Positions 1-12,330 of a stretch of 53,533 nt of DNA are shown here, in pieces (position 1 is the first letter of the stretch; every line of letters starts with the position of its first letter). The stretch spans positions 248,001 to 301,533 of the forward strand of contig MU058815.1 in assembly GCA_013265495.1 (NCBI GenBank). The letters are read 5' to 3'. The position numbers and the translations under genes were made by a program. Origin of the DNA: Vicugna vicugna. Its lineage: Eukaryota. The notes under the pieces were generated by a model, which searched no databases, was not told the DNA's origin, and saw only the letters and a program-made list of their open reading frames with translations.

Positions 1-584
1 GACTCCGCCAGCTGCCATCCTGGGCCCCTTCCAGGTAAGAGGGCCCCCTTCCCTCCTTACATCACGGCAGGATGAGAGTAATGAGGTGTGGGAATCATTA
101 GCCGACGACTCCCTGCCCCCGAGGGGTGACGGGGTAACAGCAGAGCAACAAAGCCCGAGAGAATTTCGAAACGTCGGTGGCTTTATAGCCTCCCAAGGCA
201 GACGAGCGATGCCAGAACCAGCCCGTGGAGCTGGTGCCTAGAATGAGCCAGCTCTCTGATGCTGGTGCCAACGGTGCGAGAGCTTCACTCTTCAGGAGAG
301 CCTGGTGCTGTCCGATCCGGAGAAAAGGTAACTAGTAATAGAGAGGAAAGTCGACCGGTCGTGAGAGCATCCTCCTCCTCCGTCCGTTTTGCCATGCTCT
401 CCGCTAACGACAGCTCCCACTCCTCCCGTGGTCAGGCTCCACGGACGCTCCATTTCACAGCACCCTCCTTCTCACCCTCAGGCAGACTCGTGAGGATGCA
501 GGTGCCCACTGCCCAGAGGGCAGCCAGCGCCAGCAGCTCCCAACCATGGCCCCATCACCATTCTTACAAAATAAGGGTGTAACT

Positions 585-996
585 GGGAGCAGGGAAGGAT
601 AAAGCAGGAGTTCAGGATTCGCAGATGCAAACTACTGTACATAAAATAGATAAACAACAAGGTCCTAATTTGACACAAGATTGTAAAATGACTATAACTC
701 AATAAAAAAAAGTTAAAAAAAAAGAAATCATCAGTGTATCCACGTTCTTAGTAAAGGATGCTAAGCATTATTTGTTAAATTGCAGATAATGAGTTATGTT
801 TAAAAATCAATCATTAAACATCTAACAATTATTTAAACAACAACAACAAGGTCCTACTATATAGCACAGGAAACGATATTCAAAATCTTGAAATAACTTG
901 TAATGAAAAAGAATGTATGTATAACTGAATCACTTTGCTGTACACCAGAAACCAACACAACATTGTAAATCAACTATCCTTCAATTTTTAAAAATG
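585..996 (+). mobile_element. L1 3'UTR fragment (cetartiodactyl type), interrupted by a younger insertion at 668-841
   Basis: gggataaagcaggagttcaggattcgcagatgcaaactactg...aacaacaaggtccta|ctatatagcacagg...cattgtaaatcaactat matches the L1 3' ends at 42175-42686 and, inverted, 16535-16849. Confidence 0.85.
668..841 (+). mobile_element. 5'-truncated L1 tail plus ~110 bp putative 3'-transduced sequence
   Basis: 15-bp TSD aacaacaaggtccta at 653-667 and 842-856; L1 tail with AATAAA and A-run to ~723; non-L1 sequence with ATTAAA at 813-818, then an (AAC)n tail. Confidence 0.75.
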
Positions 997-2611
997 TAAG
1001 TAGTTTTTCACATCTACGAATCCACAGACAGCGTCACTTCAGATGAGGCTGAGCAGTTACCCACCTTATGTAGACCATGCGTGCTGTGACCCAGTTGCAA
1101 AAATCCTAAGGGAGGCATTTGGGAAAACACTCAGGCATACGGAGGGGGCGTGGGCATGGTTCTTCCCGCAGGTGATGCTCTGTCAAGCAAAGCTAAGGTG
1201 CCCAGAGAAACCTTTCCCAATTAAAGCTTCGTAACACTGCCCCTCTGTTAATACGCAAATCCCTCTTGCCACCAGGCCACCGTTGCATCACTAATCCTCT
1301 TTGAATCATGCCCCAAACGAAGCAGGGTTACAAGAGGGGAGGAAAGAAGGTAAAGGAGGTGGGTAATGGGTGAACAGGGACCCAAAGGAAACATCACCAA
1401 CTTCTGCAACATCACCACCTGGCTGATCAGAGGGGGTGCACAGGCTACGAGCCCTGCCTGCTTTCACGCTAGAGGAACTTAATAGTGTGTCTGAATTTGG
1501 CAGAGCTCCTCTAAGACCTGTCTTATTCAGATGAAAGTTTCTTTGTGGACGTTCCAGATAAATAAGAAGCGCTCAGCTTAGCAGTTCAGTCCCTCGTGGT
1601 GAAACAGACGCCTTTATCATTTAATTTCTGTGCGTTTAATGAATAATCATATGCATCAGATGACAGTTGCTTGGCTCCAGTAAGACGCTTTGTCAACACA
1701 CGGAAAGAGGCGTGCAGTTCTGCCAGGTTCATGGACTCTGTTAACGTGTCTTAACCAGGTTCCTGCCTCGACTGCTCAGGTTAGAGCGCACAGCTCCGTG
1801 GGGCGCGGCCCTCAGCCAGGGCACACCTGTCTACTGCACCTGAGGGCAGAAAGCAAAGCCTCAGCGCACAGTGAGGACGCCACACGAGGAAACTGACCTG
1901 GATTCGTGCGCCGGCTTGAGAGACGAAGCCTGCGTCCTGTCCGTGCTGCCCTGGTGCCTTGCAGTGAAGACGGCCAGACGGCGAAACCCAGACAACTGAA
2001 TGGGTCCGGGAAACGCACACAGCGGAAACGCTCCGTACGTCTGCTCGGCACGTTTGGAATCTTACCCCGTATCCCTCAGCATCAGCTTTCGAATGCTCTA
2101 GACCCCAGAGCTGTTTCTCCGTCTGGGCCACAACGTTCAAATCTGCTGATTTCATGCGAATGTGTATGTTCCCCGAAAGGCTCAGAAAATCAATCACTCA
2201 GCCCCAAGTTGAACCATTTTGTCCTCAGTGCAGCCCAGCCTTAGAAGGGACTCCATCTGTTAACGATTTATTTGGAAAACAGGAAAAAAAAAACAACCAA
2301 CCCTCAGCTAGAATTGTGCGTGTTAATTGCTGTATCCATCATAATTTTGGTAGAACAGTTTCTGTATATTCCAACCAACACCACGGGACAATTTTCATGA
2401 CAAACTCTCTAAATGAGAGAAAGGATTTAATGGTTTAATTGTACAAACCACCAACTAACTTATCCCCAAACTTTAGACAGATATAATGATTATATGTGAC
2501 TTACGATCATATATATTTTCATAGATTGCATTTTGTATTAATATATGGCGTGTGTGAAGTTTTCTACATTAATCTTCCATGCTATATGTTACATACTACA
2601 TTGTGTATTAC

Positions 2612-2987
2612 TGGACTGGGCAAACTTTATCTTAAAGGGAGAGAAAGGCAATGTTTTGGGCGTGCAGGATGTACAGTGTGCGTTGACTCTACTTACCTCT
2701 GTTGTAGCAAAAGCAGCCATAAAAATATGTAACAAAAATATGTAAATGGGGGGGAACAGTATAGCTCAATGGCAGAGCGCGTGCTTAGCATGTGTGAGGT
2801 TCTGGGTTCAATCCCTGGTACCTCTATTTAAATAAACAAACGAAGAAACAAATAAATAAACCTAATTACTTCCCCACCAAAAAAGATTTTTTTAATATAT
2901 GTGTAAATAAATGAATATGGTTGTGTGCAAATAAAACTAGAAAAACAGGTGGTGGCCAGCCCATGGGTCACAGTTTGCAGTCCCTGA
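2612..2987 (+). mobile_element. MER58-like hAT-Charlie MITE, split by a SINE
   Basis: gggcaaactt...aaaggg...ctctgttgtagcaaaagcagccata...aataaaact...aaaaacaggtggtggccag...cagtttgcagtccctg resembles the recalled MER58A consensus. Confidence 0.6.
2748..2895 (+). mobile_element. tRNA-Ala-derived SINE (Vic-1-like), long form
   Basis: gtatagctcaatggcagagcgcgtgcttagcatg...gggttcaatccctggtacctc with A and B boxes, then A-rich linker and aaataaacctaattac tail shared with copies at 15764 and 22301. Confidence 0.85.
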
Positions 2988-3829
2988 CAGATTACATGTC
3001 ATGTATCACACTTCATTATACACTGTAAGTTATGAAATATGATTGTGAATTAAATACTAGAAATATTTCATATATGTGGACTGAATGATGGGGAAATTGT
3101 ACTAATTCACTCCACGTGCAGTAAGGACTTCCAGGAGGAATCTGGTGACAATAATGATACAGGAATAAAACATCTCAGTGAAATGCTCCAACATTAACAT
3201 TATATTTGAATCTACTTAAAAACGAATGCTGAAATGCTCATTAAACTGTGTCATTCTTATCTTAGAAACTAGCAGACATTCTGTCCTGGGTCTTGGGTGA
3301 GCCAGACTGTTCTCCTGAGATCCTCTGCTGCAGGATCCTTTGTGCCTCTGTCCCAGGTCCCCACATTCAAGCGGAATTTGTTATATGTTCCCTCCTTGAT
3401 TGGGTTTCTCAGCAAGTCAGAAGATAAATGCTGCGCTAAATCTCACATGCAGCATCTTTCACATTTAGTGGAACCTCTTCACTTGTACATCTTTTCTGCC
3501 GTCTTCTTGATGGATTGACTTGGAACAGCCTTCCTTGATTTGGAGTTGCATTTTCATGTGATGGAGTCCCCAGCACTTTCCTGCCCTTCTGAGATTTCCC
3601 ACAGGATTTCCCACTGGAGGTTCGTGAGCCTTGGTGGGTCTCCAATGAGACTCCACAATCCTCATTTAATAGCTGAATTTCCTGGTGAAGTTTGACCAGG
3701 GCTAGTTACTCCTCGGTCTCATGCAAAATCGACTATGTGACTATGTGATTGATTATGATTATGTGAACAAGGGGAGGGGGAAATAAAGAATAATTTCAAA
3801 AATTAAAAATAAAGAAGAAAGGGTTATGG

Positions 3830-4260
3830 GGCACATTTTGAATTTAAATTCAGCTTTGTAAATGGTGGGAAGGCTTAATCATTCAAGGTGAGCATTAACG
3901 ATGACAGGATTGGGGTCCAAGAATTCCATAAATGGCTGGATGAAGACATTACAAAGGGAAATGCAGTAGGTGTAAACGTGCAGCCCTATGCTTGCATCCA
4001 GGAAGTTAATAGCACAACACAAAACTGAGTATGTGAAGGAAGACTGGGAGGTGGGCTTAATCGACAGTGAACTCAGTATCAATAGCTCTTCAGTAAAGCT
4101 AATGTGGTCACAGAATATAACAAAGTTATCATAGCAGGGATAAGGATGGCCATAGTTCCTCCATGGGGGCATTCTCCGGTTCTCCCTCCCTGGGACACCC
4201 CTGTCTGCAGGAGCTTCTCATCCAAGGAGATGACGGTGATGCTAGAACCCACCTACCAAG
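3830..4260 (+). mobile_element. Degenerate CR1/L3 LINE RT-region fragment
   Basis: gtgaaggaagactgggagg...gacagtgaactcagtat...aaagctaatgtggtc...gatggccatagttcctcc resembles the recalled L3 ORF2 3' region; highly diverged. Confidence 0.4.
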
Positions 4261-4564
4261 CAGAGGGAAGAGGGAAGACTAAATATTAAGAGAGTGAGTG
4301 CAGGGTCCGTTGGTCACCAAACCAAGAGTCAAGAAACAGTGACAGTACTGGAGATGGAGCAAAACCCAAGGAGTGAGTGGAGGTGGAGACGGGGTGACTG
4401 TCCCTGCCCACAATGGCTGGTATTGCTCATCGTTTGCATTTTCCAGTCTGCAGGGGCTGCGGGGTGCGGGGTTCCAAGGACAACATACGTTCTACTCTGC
4501 AAGTTAAGTCCCCACCAGAGCACCATGGCTGTTGGCAGGACACACTTTATAAAGAAATTACTGA

Positions 4565-4669
4565 GAACTTCCATAACCAAGTGAGCCAGTTCCTCGTAGC
4601 AAATCTTTCTCTGTGGGTACGTAGATGCATCCCATTGGTTCTGTTTGTCTGGAGAGCCCTGACTAACAC
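4565..4669 (+). mobile_element. MLT2 (ERVL) LTR 3' fragment
   Basis: ccataaccaagtgagccagttcc...cccattggttctgtttgtctggagagccctgactaacac is the typical MLT2 terminus. Confidence 0.7.
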
Positions 4670-4689
4670 GGGCTCCTATTAAAATCTAG

Positions 4690-4820
4690 TTACTCCATTT
4701 GACACAGGAGGAAACTGAGATTCCATCACAGAATGTGCAAATAGCAGTGCCAGGGTTTAAGTGCGGCTCCGTTTAATTCCAAAGCTCATGCTCAGGCCTC
4801 CGCCTCTCTTGCTACTGATT
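4690..4820 (-). mobile_element. MIR fragment
   Basis: ccatttgacacaggaggaaactgaga...gccagggtttaag...tccaaagctcatgctc is the MIR core in reverse. Confidence 0.55.
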
Positions 4821-4994
4821 ATTATACCTGCTATTGCACTTCAGACAAAGCAGAGAAAGTTATCTGGGGAAAGGAGGAGGAACGAAGAAAGTCCTGTATC
4901 CCTCAGAAATGAGCTTTCTGCATCTTCAGGGGAACCCACCAGAGAAACTGGGGGGTGGGGAGGTGAGTGCGAACACAGCACTTGAACTGCTGCA

Positions 4995-5016
4995 ACACAC
5001 ACACACACACACACAC
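4995..5016. repeat. (AC)n microsatellite
   Basis: Direct inspection. Confidence 0.95.
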
Positions 5017-6008
5017 CCCTTCATACTGAAGCCAGACTGGGTGTCAGAACGGCAAACATCACCCCTGACAGTTGTAAAATGCCAGAAGAATTTAATTACG
5101 CTGATGTGTATCTGCTGGAAGCCTTCCCAGAGATTCACGCACTCCAGCTTTCTGCAGCCAAATTAATCAACAGATTGTTATCAAGACACAAATCTGCTTG
5201 CAAAGATATTTTTGTGGAGTTTAATTCCACAAAGAAAACACTGCTGCTTGTTAATGTAAGAAAAAGTCATAAAATACCAGGAGAAAAACTGCATGCTTGG
5301 CAGCCCTCAGCACCACTGGAAAAGGAGATTAATCATTTGAACTAAGCAGGAATTCTGGAATTCAGGGCAGAGAGTCTACCCCACCATGTTGTTTTGGGGA
5401 CCAAACATTCCACATGCCACCATTTTGGATGATATGTTTGCAAAACTATGGAAACAAGGTGGAGGGTCTAGCCAGCCCTTGCTGTCTTGGGGGAATTTTG
5501 GTGACTTCACAGTCATATTCTGACCTGTCTCCATCCAAGGACAGGATGATAAGTTACTACCATTTACCAGAAGAGCTGAGAGAACGCACAGTCTCCTGGC
5601 GATTTTGTTTGTCCAACCCACTAAGGTCCTTCATACACCAAGTAGACGATCTTGCCCGTGGTCATTCCTGGCCTTGTTCCTAAGTCAATACAGATGGTTT
5701 TGGAAATATTTTTGGAAATATCCATGAAGGTTTTACAGTGTGGTGCTCAGAAGAATCAGAGTAAGAAAATAAACGTGTATCTCTGCTTTGTGTGTGGATT
5801 CATGAATTGGCCCATGTCGTGTTTTTGGCTCTTTCATTTTCAATGTCTTCTGTTTTCTTCATGATAATTTTTCCTTCTCAAATTATTTTTAACCGCAGAC
5901 CTTTAATCCATACCTAAGGCTGGTTTCATTATAAACCCTGTAACACTGCTGGACATTTTAAGCAACATGTCTGTATCACTTTAATACAAATTCAAAGTAT
6001 ATCAAAGA

Positions 6009-6076
6009 TACGCTGTCAGAAATTGACACAACACTGTAAATTGACTATACATCAATAAAATATATATATACCAAAA
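6009..6076 (+). mobile_element. Ultra-short L1 3' tail insertion
   Basis: gaaattgacacaacactgtaaattgactatacatcaataaaa flanked by TSD aaagtatatcaaaga (5994-6008 and 6077-6091). Confidence 0.85.
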
Positions 6077-8191
6077 AAAGTATATCAAAGAAAAGAATGA
6101 AGCCTTCCCAAATTCCCTACCCTACTATTCCCTCTAGAAATTTCTTGTGTATCCTTTTTTAACTACCCTATGAATATATAAATACATATACATATATTCT
6201 ATGAAGTATATATATAATTGTGTGGTAGAAGCTTAAATTACTCCACATTCTCCAAACTTCAAGATTCACTTAAACTACTACCTTTCTACATTTTTTGGTA
6301 CATATAGTTCTGCACCACTATTTAAAAAATTTTTTTCAGTAGTCCAACATTTGGAAATACCACATTATATTGAACCAATTAATCACTTAGTTAAAGATGT
6401 TAATGTGGTTCTAATTTTGAACAATTCTAAACAATGCTGCAAACAGCTCCCTCTTCATATACGCTAACACCCTTCCCCAGATAATTTTATGACATAAATT
6501 GTCTACATTTAAACTGCTGGACCCAAAGGTCAACATATTTAAATTTTTATAGCTATTGCCAAATAGTGACACTACCCAGAAATGTTCTATCAGGGCCCAT
6601 TTCCTCAACCTTCAGAACAGAAGGTAGGATGAATTGCCAATGTGATAAATGTTTTATGACATTTCATTAATATATTCATTTGTATTTTGTTAATTATTAG
6701 TAAGGCTAAACATCTTTCCAGATATTGTTTGGGATTTTGATTTTTTTTTCTTCTCTGTTCATTTCCTTGGTCTACTTTCATATTACACATTCTCTTTTTC
6801 ATTAACAAGAGCAGTTTATGAATTATTCACTGTTGTATTACAAATATATTCTCCAAATTTGTCATCAGTCTTTATTTATGGTATAGCTGACTGAATGAAA
6901 ATGCATGCTTTCTAAGTATCAAGTCTGTTATCATTCAGGTTCTGAATTCCACATTATGCTTAGAAAAACTATTTCTACCTGAATATTATAAAAATCATCT
7001 ATGTTTTCTGCCATTGAGAAATAGGATTTTGGTTCTTGAATCTTTCTGGAACTTTTTTGTAACTTATGCATATAGGTCTAACTTGTTTTGTTTTGGATTG
7101 CCAATTTTCTTAATGAAATAATCTGTTTTCCATACTGATGTGAAATGCCTCTATTACCATGTACCAAATTTCCACATTTACTTGTTTGAAATTTTTGGAC
7201 TCTGTTCAGGTCCTTTGACCCTTTGGTCTCTACCACACTGTTTTAATTAGTGTAACTTTATATTTTGTTATTTTTGGAGCTTTTAAAGTCTATAATTGTA
7301 GATCATAAGAAGAAACAAAAATAGTAGAGAAGGGGCCCACGTATCCTTTCCATTTCTCCCTGTGGTTACATCTTACATAATCATAGCACAGGACCAGCAG
7401 GAAGTTGACATTACACACGGTGTGCGTGTGTAGTTTCATGTCATTTTATCCTCTGTGCAAATCTGTGTGACTACAATTGTAATTAAGATACAAAAGTATT
7501 CCATCATCACAAAAAATCTTCCTTTATAGTCACACCCACCGCCCACTCCCACCCCATCATCTCTAACCCCTGGCAACCACTAATCTGCTTCCCATCTCTA
7601 TAATTTTGTTATTCCAAGAATGCCGTATAAATGGAATCATACAGTATGTGAGCTTTTGATAGTGGCTTTTTGCTCAGCCCAACGCCCTTGGGACCCAGCC
7701 GAGATACCATGTATATCGATAGTCCATTCCATGTACAAATGGATCACGGTTTGCTTAACCAGTCAACCACTAAGGAACACTGGAGTTGTTTCCACTTTTT
7801 GGCCATGACAACTAAAGCAGCTGTGAGAAATCATATACAGGTTTTCCTGGGGATTTGAGGTTTTGGTGATCCGAGGTAAATGTTCAAGCGTGCAGCTGCT
7901 GGGTTGTGTGGTAAGTGTATGTTTAGTTTTTTTTTAAGAAACTGCAAAACTGTTTTCCAGGGTGGCTGCACCAGTTTGCATTCCCACCAGCAATGCGTGA
8001 GAGGTGTAGTTTCTCTGCTTCCTTGCCAGAATGTAAGGGTGTCACAGTTGTTTGTTTTAACTGTCTAATGGATAGATAGTGATACCTCATCATGGTCTTA
8101 ATCGGTATGTCCTTAATGAAAATCTTTTTCGAGTGCTTATTTGCCATCCTTGTATCTTCTTCATTCCTATGGCCCATTTTCTAATCAGATT

Positions 8192-8277
8192 TTTTTTTTT
8201 AATGGAGGTGCCGGGGATTGAACCCAGGACCTCTTGCATGCTAAGCACACGCTCTACCACTGAGCTCTGCCCTCCCC
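8192..8277 (-). mobile_element. tRNA-Ala-derived SINE (Vic-1-like), short form
   Basis: Reverse complement of a tRNA-Ala(AGC)-like body plus poly(A); TSD taatcagatt at 8182-8191 and 8278-8287. Confidence 0.9.
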
Positions 8278-11200
8278 TAATCAGATTATTTTTTAAAGTT
8301 TGGATTCTGGTAATTCTTTATTATTCTAGACGAGTCCTTTATCAGATATGTGGCTTGCAAATGTTTCACCGCACACTTTCATCTTTCCACACTTTTAGCA
8401 GGATTTTATGCTTTATTTTTAAATCTGTGATCCATTTTGAGTGAATTTTTGCGTGAGCTGTGACGGTTGGTTAGGTTGAGGCTCTTTTTACATTTTTTTT
8501 TTGCCGGTGGATATTCAGTTGCTCCCCACTGTCTGTTGAAAAGACTATACTTTGTTCATCAAATTACTTTAGCAACTCTGTCAAAAATAGGACCATAATT
8601 GTGGGACTATTTAAAGGTCCACTATTTTGTTCCACTGATTCACGTTCTGCCATAGTTCATTGTAAGTCTTGAAACTGGGTTGAGTGATGGCTCCCACTTT
8701 ATCCTCCTTTTTCAGAATTGTTTAGTTGTTCAACTTCCTTGCTTCTCCACATAGATTTTGGAATAATCTGGTCTACAGCCATGAAAAAATATTTCTAGGA
8801 TTTTGTGCTAAACCCATGTATCAACCTGGGGAGAATTAACATCCTTACTATGTTGAGTCTTCCACTTATTTAGACATTCAGTAAACCTTTTGCAATCTCA
8901 ACCCACGAGTCCCATTCATGTTTTCTTAAATTTACACCCAAGTATTTCCTCATTCTTTCAGCAACTGTAAGTGGTGTACTGTTTGAAATTTCAGTTTCCA
9001 CGTGTTCATTGCTAGTATATAAAAATGAAACAGATCTTTGTATGGTGACCTTCTATCTTTCAACCTTACTGAACTCATTTATTTGTTCTATGAGTTTGGG
9101 AACTTATTTGTTTGTTTGTTTGGTTTCCCTTGGGATTCTCTACACAGACTACCGTGTCATTTACAAACAGAAGCAGTTTTACATCTTCCTTTCTAATCTA
9201 TACAACTTTTATTTCCTTTTCTTACCTTATTACATTGTTTAGCACTTCCAGTACTAAGAGTGGGCATCCTGGCCTTGTTCCTGACCGTAGAGCCAAAACA
9301 TTCAGCGTTTCACCATGAGGTATGATTTTAGCCATGGGCTTTTTGTACATGTTCTTCATCAAGTTGATGAAGTTCCTCTCTATTCTTAGTTTTCCAAGAG
9401 TTTATTTTTTTCACGATGCAGGCTGAATTATTCAAATGTTTTTCTTCATCTATTGATATGATCATGTAATTTTTCTGCTTTAACCTGTAAATACAGTGGA
9501 TTACATTGATTTTTGATTATTGAACGAGTCTTGCATACATTAGACATGCTGTGTAATTCTTTTTAAATAATGGTGAGTTCTATCATTAAACATTTCATTA
9601 AGAATTTCTGCATCTTCATGAAGATGCTGGTCTATAGTTTTTGTTTGTTTGTTTGTTTTGATACTATCTGTGGTTTTGCTATTAGAATAATGCTTGCTTC
9701 ATAGGATGAGAAAGAAGAGTTTCCTTTTCTTCTATTTTTCTGGAAGATTTATGTGGAATTGGTGATAATTCTTCTTTAAACACTGGGTGAAATCTTTCAG
9801 TGAAACCACCTGGGCTTGGAGATTTCTTTTTCAGGAGCTTTTTAATTACAAATTCAATTGTCAATTGTTAAATGGTCATTCAATTATCTGTTTCATATTA
9901 GGTGAATTGTGGCAGTTCACCTTTAGAGGAGTTGGTCCATTTCATCTAGGTTCTCAAATTTAAGTGTGTGCAGTTGTTCATGGTGTTTCCTTATCACCCT
10001 TTGATGTCTGTAGGGTCTGTCATGAAACCCTGTTTTCTTCCTGGTATCGATAATTTGTGTATTTGTCAGTTTTGCTAGAGGTTTATTGATCTTTTCCAAG
10101 AAGCAGCCTTTGTCTCATTGACTTTCTCTGCTGTTTTTCTGTTCACAATTTTATTGCTTTCTTCTTTTATCTTTATTATTTCCTTCCTTCTGCTTGCTTT
10201 GGGTTTATTTTGCTCTTCTTTTTTTAGTTTCTTATGATTGCAGCTTATGTTATTCATTTGAGAATTTTGCTCATTTCTTATGTAAACATGTAGTGCTAAA
10301 ATTCCCCTCTTAGCACTGCTTTAGTTGTGTTCAACAAATGTTGATGTGATTTCATTTTCCCTCAGTTTAGTGTATTTTTTTAAAATTTCTCTGAGACTCC
10401 TGCTTTGACCCATGGATTATTTAGAAATGTATTGTTTATGTTTCAAACATCTCTCCACACACTTGGAGAAAAGTACTTCCAAAAGATAATTTCCAGTTAT
10501 CTTTCTGCTGTTTATTTCTACTTTAATCCTATGATGGTCATAGAGCATACACTACCTGATTTCAATTCTTTTGAATTTGTTGAGTCTACATTATGGCCAA
10601 GAATAGGATCTATCTAGAAATATGTTCTGCGGCTTCTTGAAAAGAAGGTATTATATTCTACTGTTGTTCGGTAGAGTGTTCTATAAATGCTGATTAGGTC
10701 CAATTTATTGATGACACTATTGAGTTCTTCTATATCTTTCCTCTTTTTATATCCAGTTTTTTCAGTTTTTGAGAGAGGAGTGTTGACGAGCCCAACTGTA
10801 AATGTGGACTTGTCCCTCCATTCAGTTTTATCTGTTCTTCTTTTTCATTCAAGACCTTCCTGGTTCTCGTATGTCAAGTGGTTTTAACTGAGACCTGGAC
10901 CTTGTGAGTATTATATTGTGAGACATCTCATTTAAAACTGTGTCTTAGCAGGTCTCTGTGATACTACTCTGGTGAGTGAAGTGGAGGTGACGTATTACCT
11001 TGTTATTGCCAGACAAGGTGGAAGTCTATGTTCTCCAGTTTGTCTCCGTTGACTTTGGGAGAGGATGGGTCTTTAGGTACTGTTGGGTGGTTGGACAGGG
11101 GTAGAACTCCAGGCTTCCAGCTAGATCCCTACTGATACCATCCTGGCTGGGAGAAGACCTCCATGACACAGCTGGGCAGGTGGCCTTTTGAATGCAGGTG

Positions 11201-11605
11201 GGGGGTGAGAGTCCTGGTTCCCCACTAGATCTCCTCTGACATCACCCCTGCAAGAAGGGGGAGGTGTGCCTTGAGTTGGGGGGGGAGTCCAACCTCCCAT
11301 GTGATCTCCACTGACCGCACAGAATTTGGGAGAAGGGCTTTCCACCATCCAAGGTGAATGAAAGTCCCAATTCCTCACTCTGCCTTCCCTGACACCCCCC
11401 CCCCCCAAGTGGAAAGCTGGAGCAGCTGTCAGGGACGGAGGTCTAGTCTCCCCATTTGGCCAGCTGTGAGTGTGGAGGTGGGGCCACAGAATTTTCTGTA
11501 GCGTTTGACTTGAACAGAGCAGTTATTGTCTGAAAGTTTTCTGGCTTGCTAGGCTGCTACTTTCTTGGTTCTTTGACTGGAGGGAGCAGATTTTGTGGGG
11601 AAATC

Positions 11606-12330
11606 TTTTTTTTAATTTATTTTTAAAATTTTCTAATTGAAGTATAATTGATTTACAATGTTGCATTGGTTTCTGGTTACAGCATAGTGATTTAGTTATA
11701 TATCTATATATTATTTTTGATAATCTTTTTCATTATAGGTTATTATAAGCTATTGAATATAGATCCCTGGGCTATATAGTAAGACCTTGTTGCTTATCTA
11801 TTTAATGTATAGTAGTGTGTGCATGTTAATCCCAAATTCCTAATTTATCTCTCCCCACCTTTCCCCTTTGGTAAACATAAGTTTATTTACTACATCTGTG
11901 AGTCTATTTCTGCTTTGTAAATAAGTTTATTTGTATTATTTTTTAGATTCCACATATAAGTGATATCATTTGATATTTGTCTTTCTCTGTCTAGTTTATT
12001 TCACTTAGTATCACAATCTCTAGGTCCATCCATGTTGCTGCAAATGCCATTATTTCATTTTTTATGGCTGAGTAGTATTCTGTTGTGTATACATATATAT
12101 ATACATCACATCTTCTTTATCCAGTCATCTGTTGATGGACATCTAGCTTGCTTCCATGCCTTGACTATTGTAAATAGTGCTCCTATGAGCATTGGGGTGC
12201 ATGTGTCTTTTCAAATTAGAGTTTTTCTCCAAATATATGCCCAGGAGTGGGATTGCTGGATCATGTGGTAACTCTTTTAGTTTTTCAAGGAATGTCTGCA
12301 CTGCTTTTCATAGTGACTGCACCAAATTAC
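11606..12330 (-). mobile_element. Younger L1 3' end (ORF2 C-terminus plus 3'UTR)
   Basis: T-rich tail, then gaagtataattgatttacaatgttg...cccaggagtgggattgctggatca; homologous to the other L1 3' ends in the window. Confidence 0.85.

Noticed and set aside
30..40. Strong plus-strand splice donor CAG|GTAAGA at the window edge
   Set aside because: No upstream context, partner exon or coding signal; such matches occur by chance
2748..2825. Apparent tRNA-Ala(AGC) genes (also 8192, 15764, 22301, 33911)
   Set aside because: Multiple diverged copies with broken stems and A-rich tails, several with TSDs: SINEs, not tRNA genes
9682..10257. Short ORFs with L1 ORF2-like peptides
   Set aside because: Broken remnants of an old L1, not an intact gene
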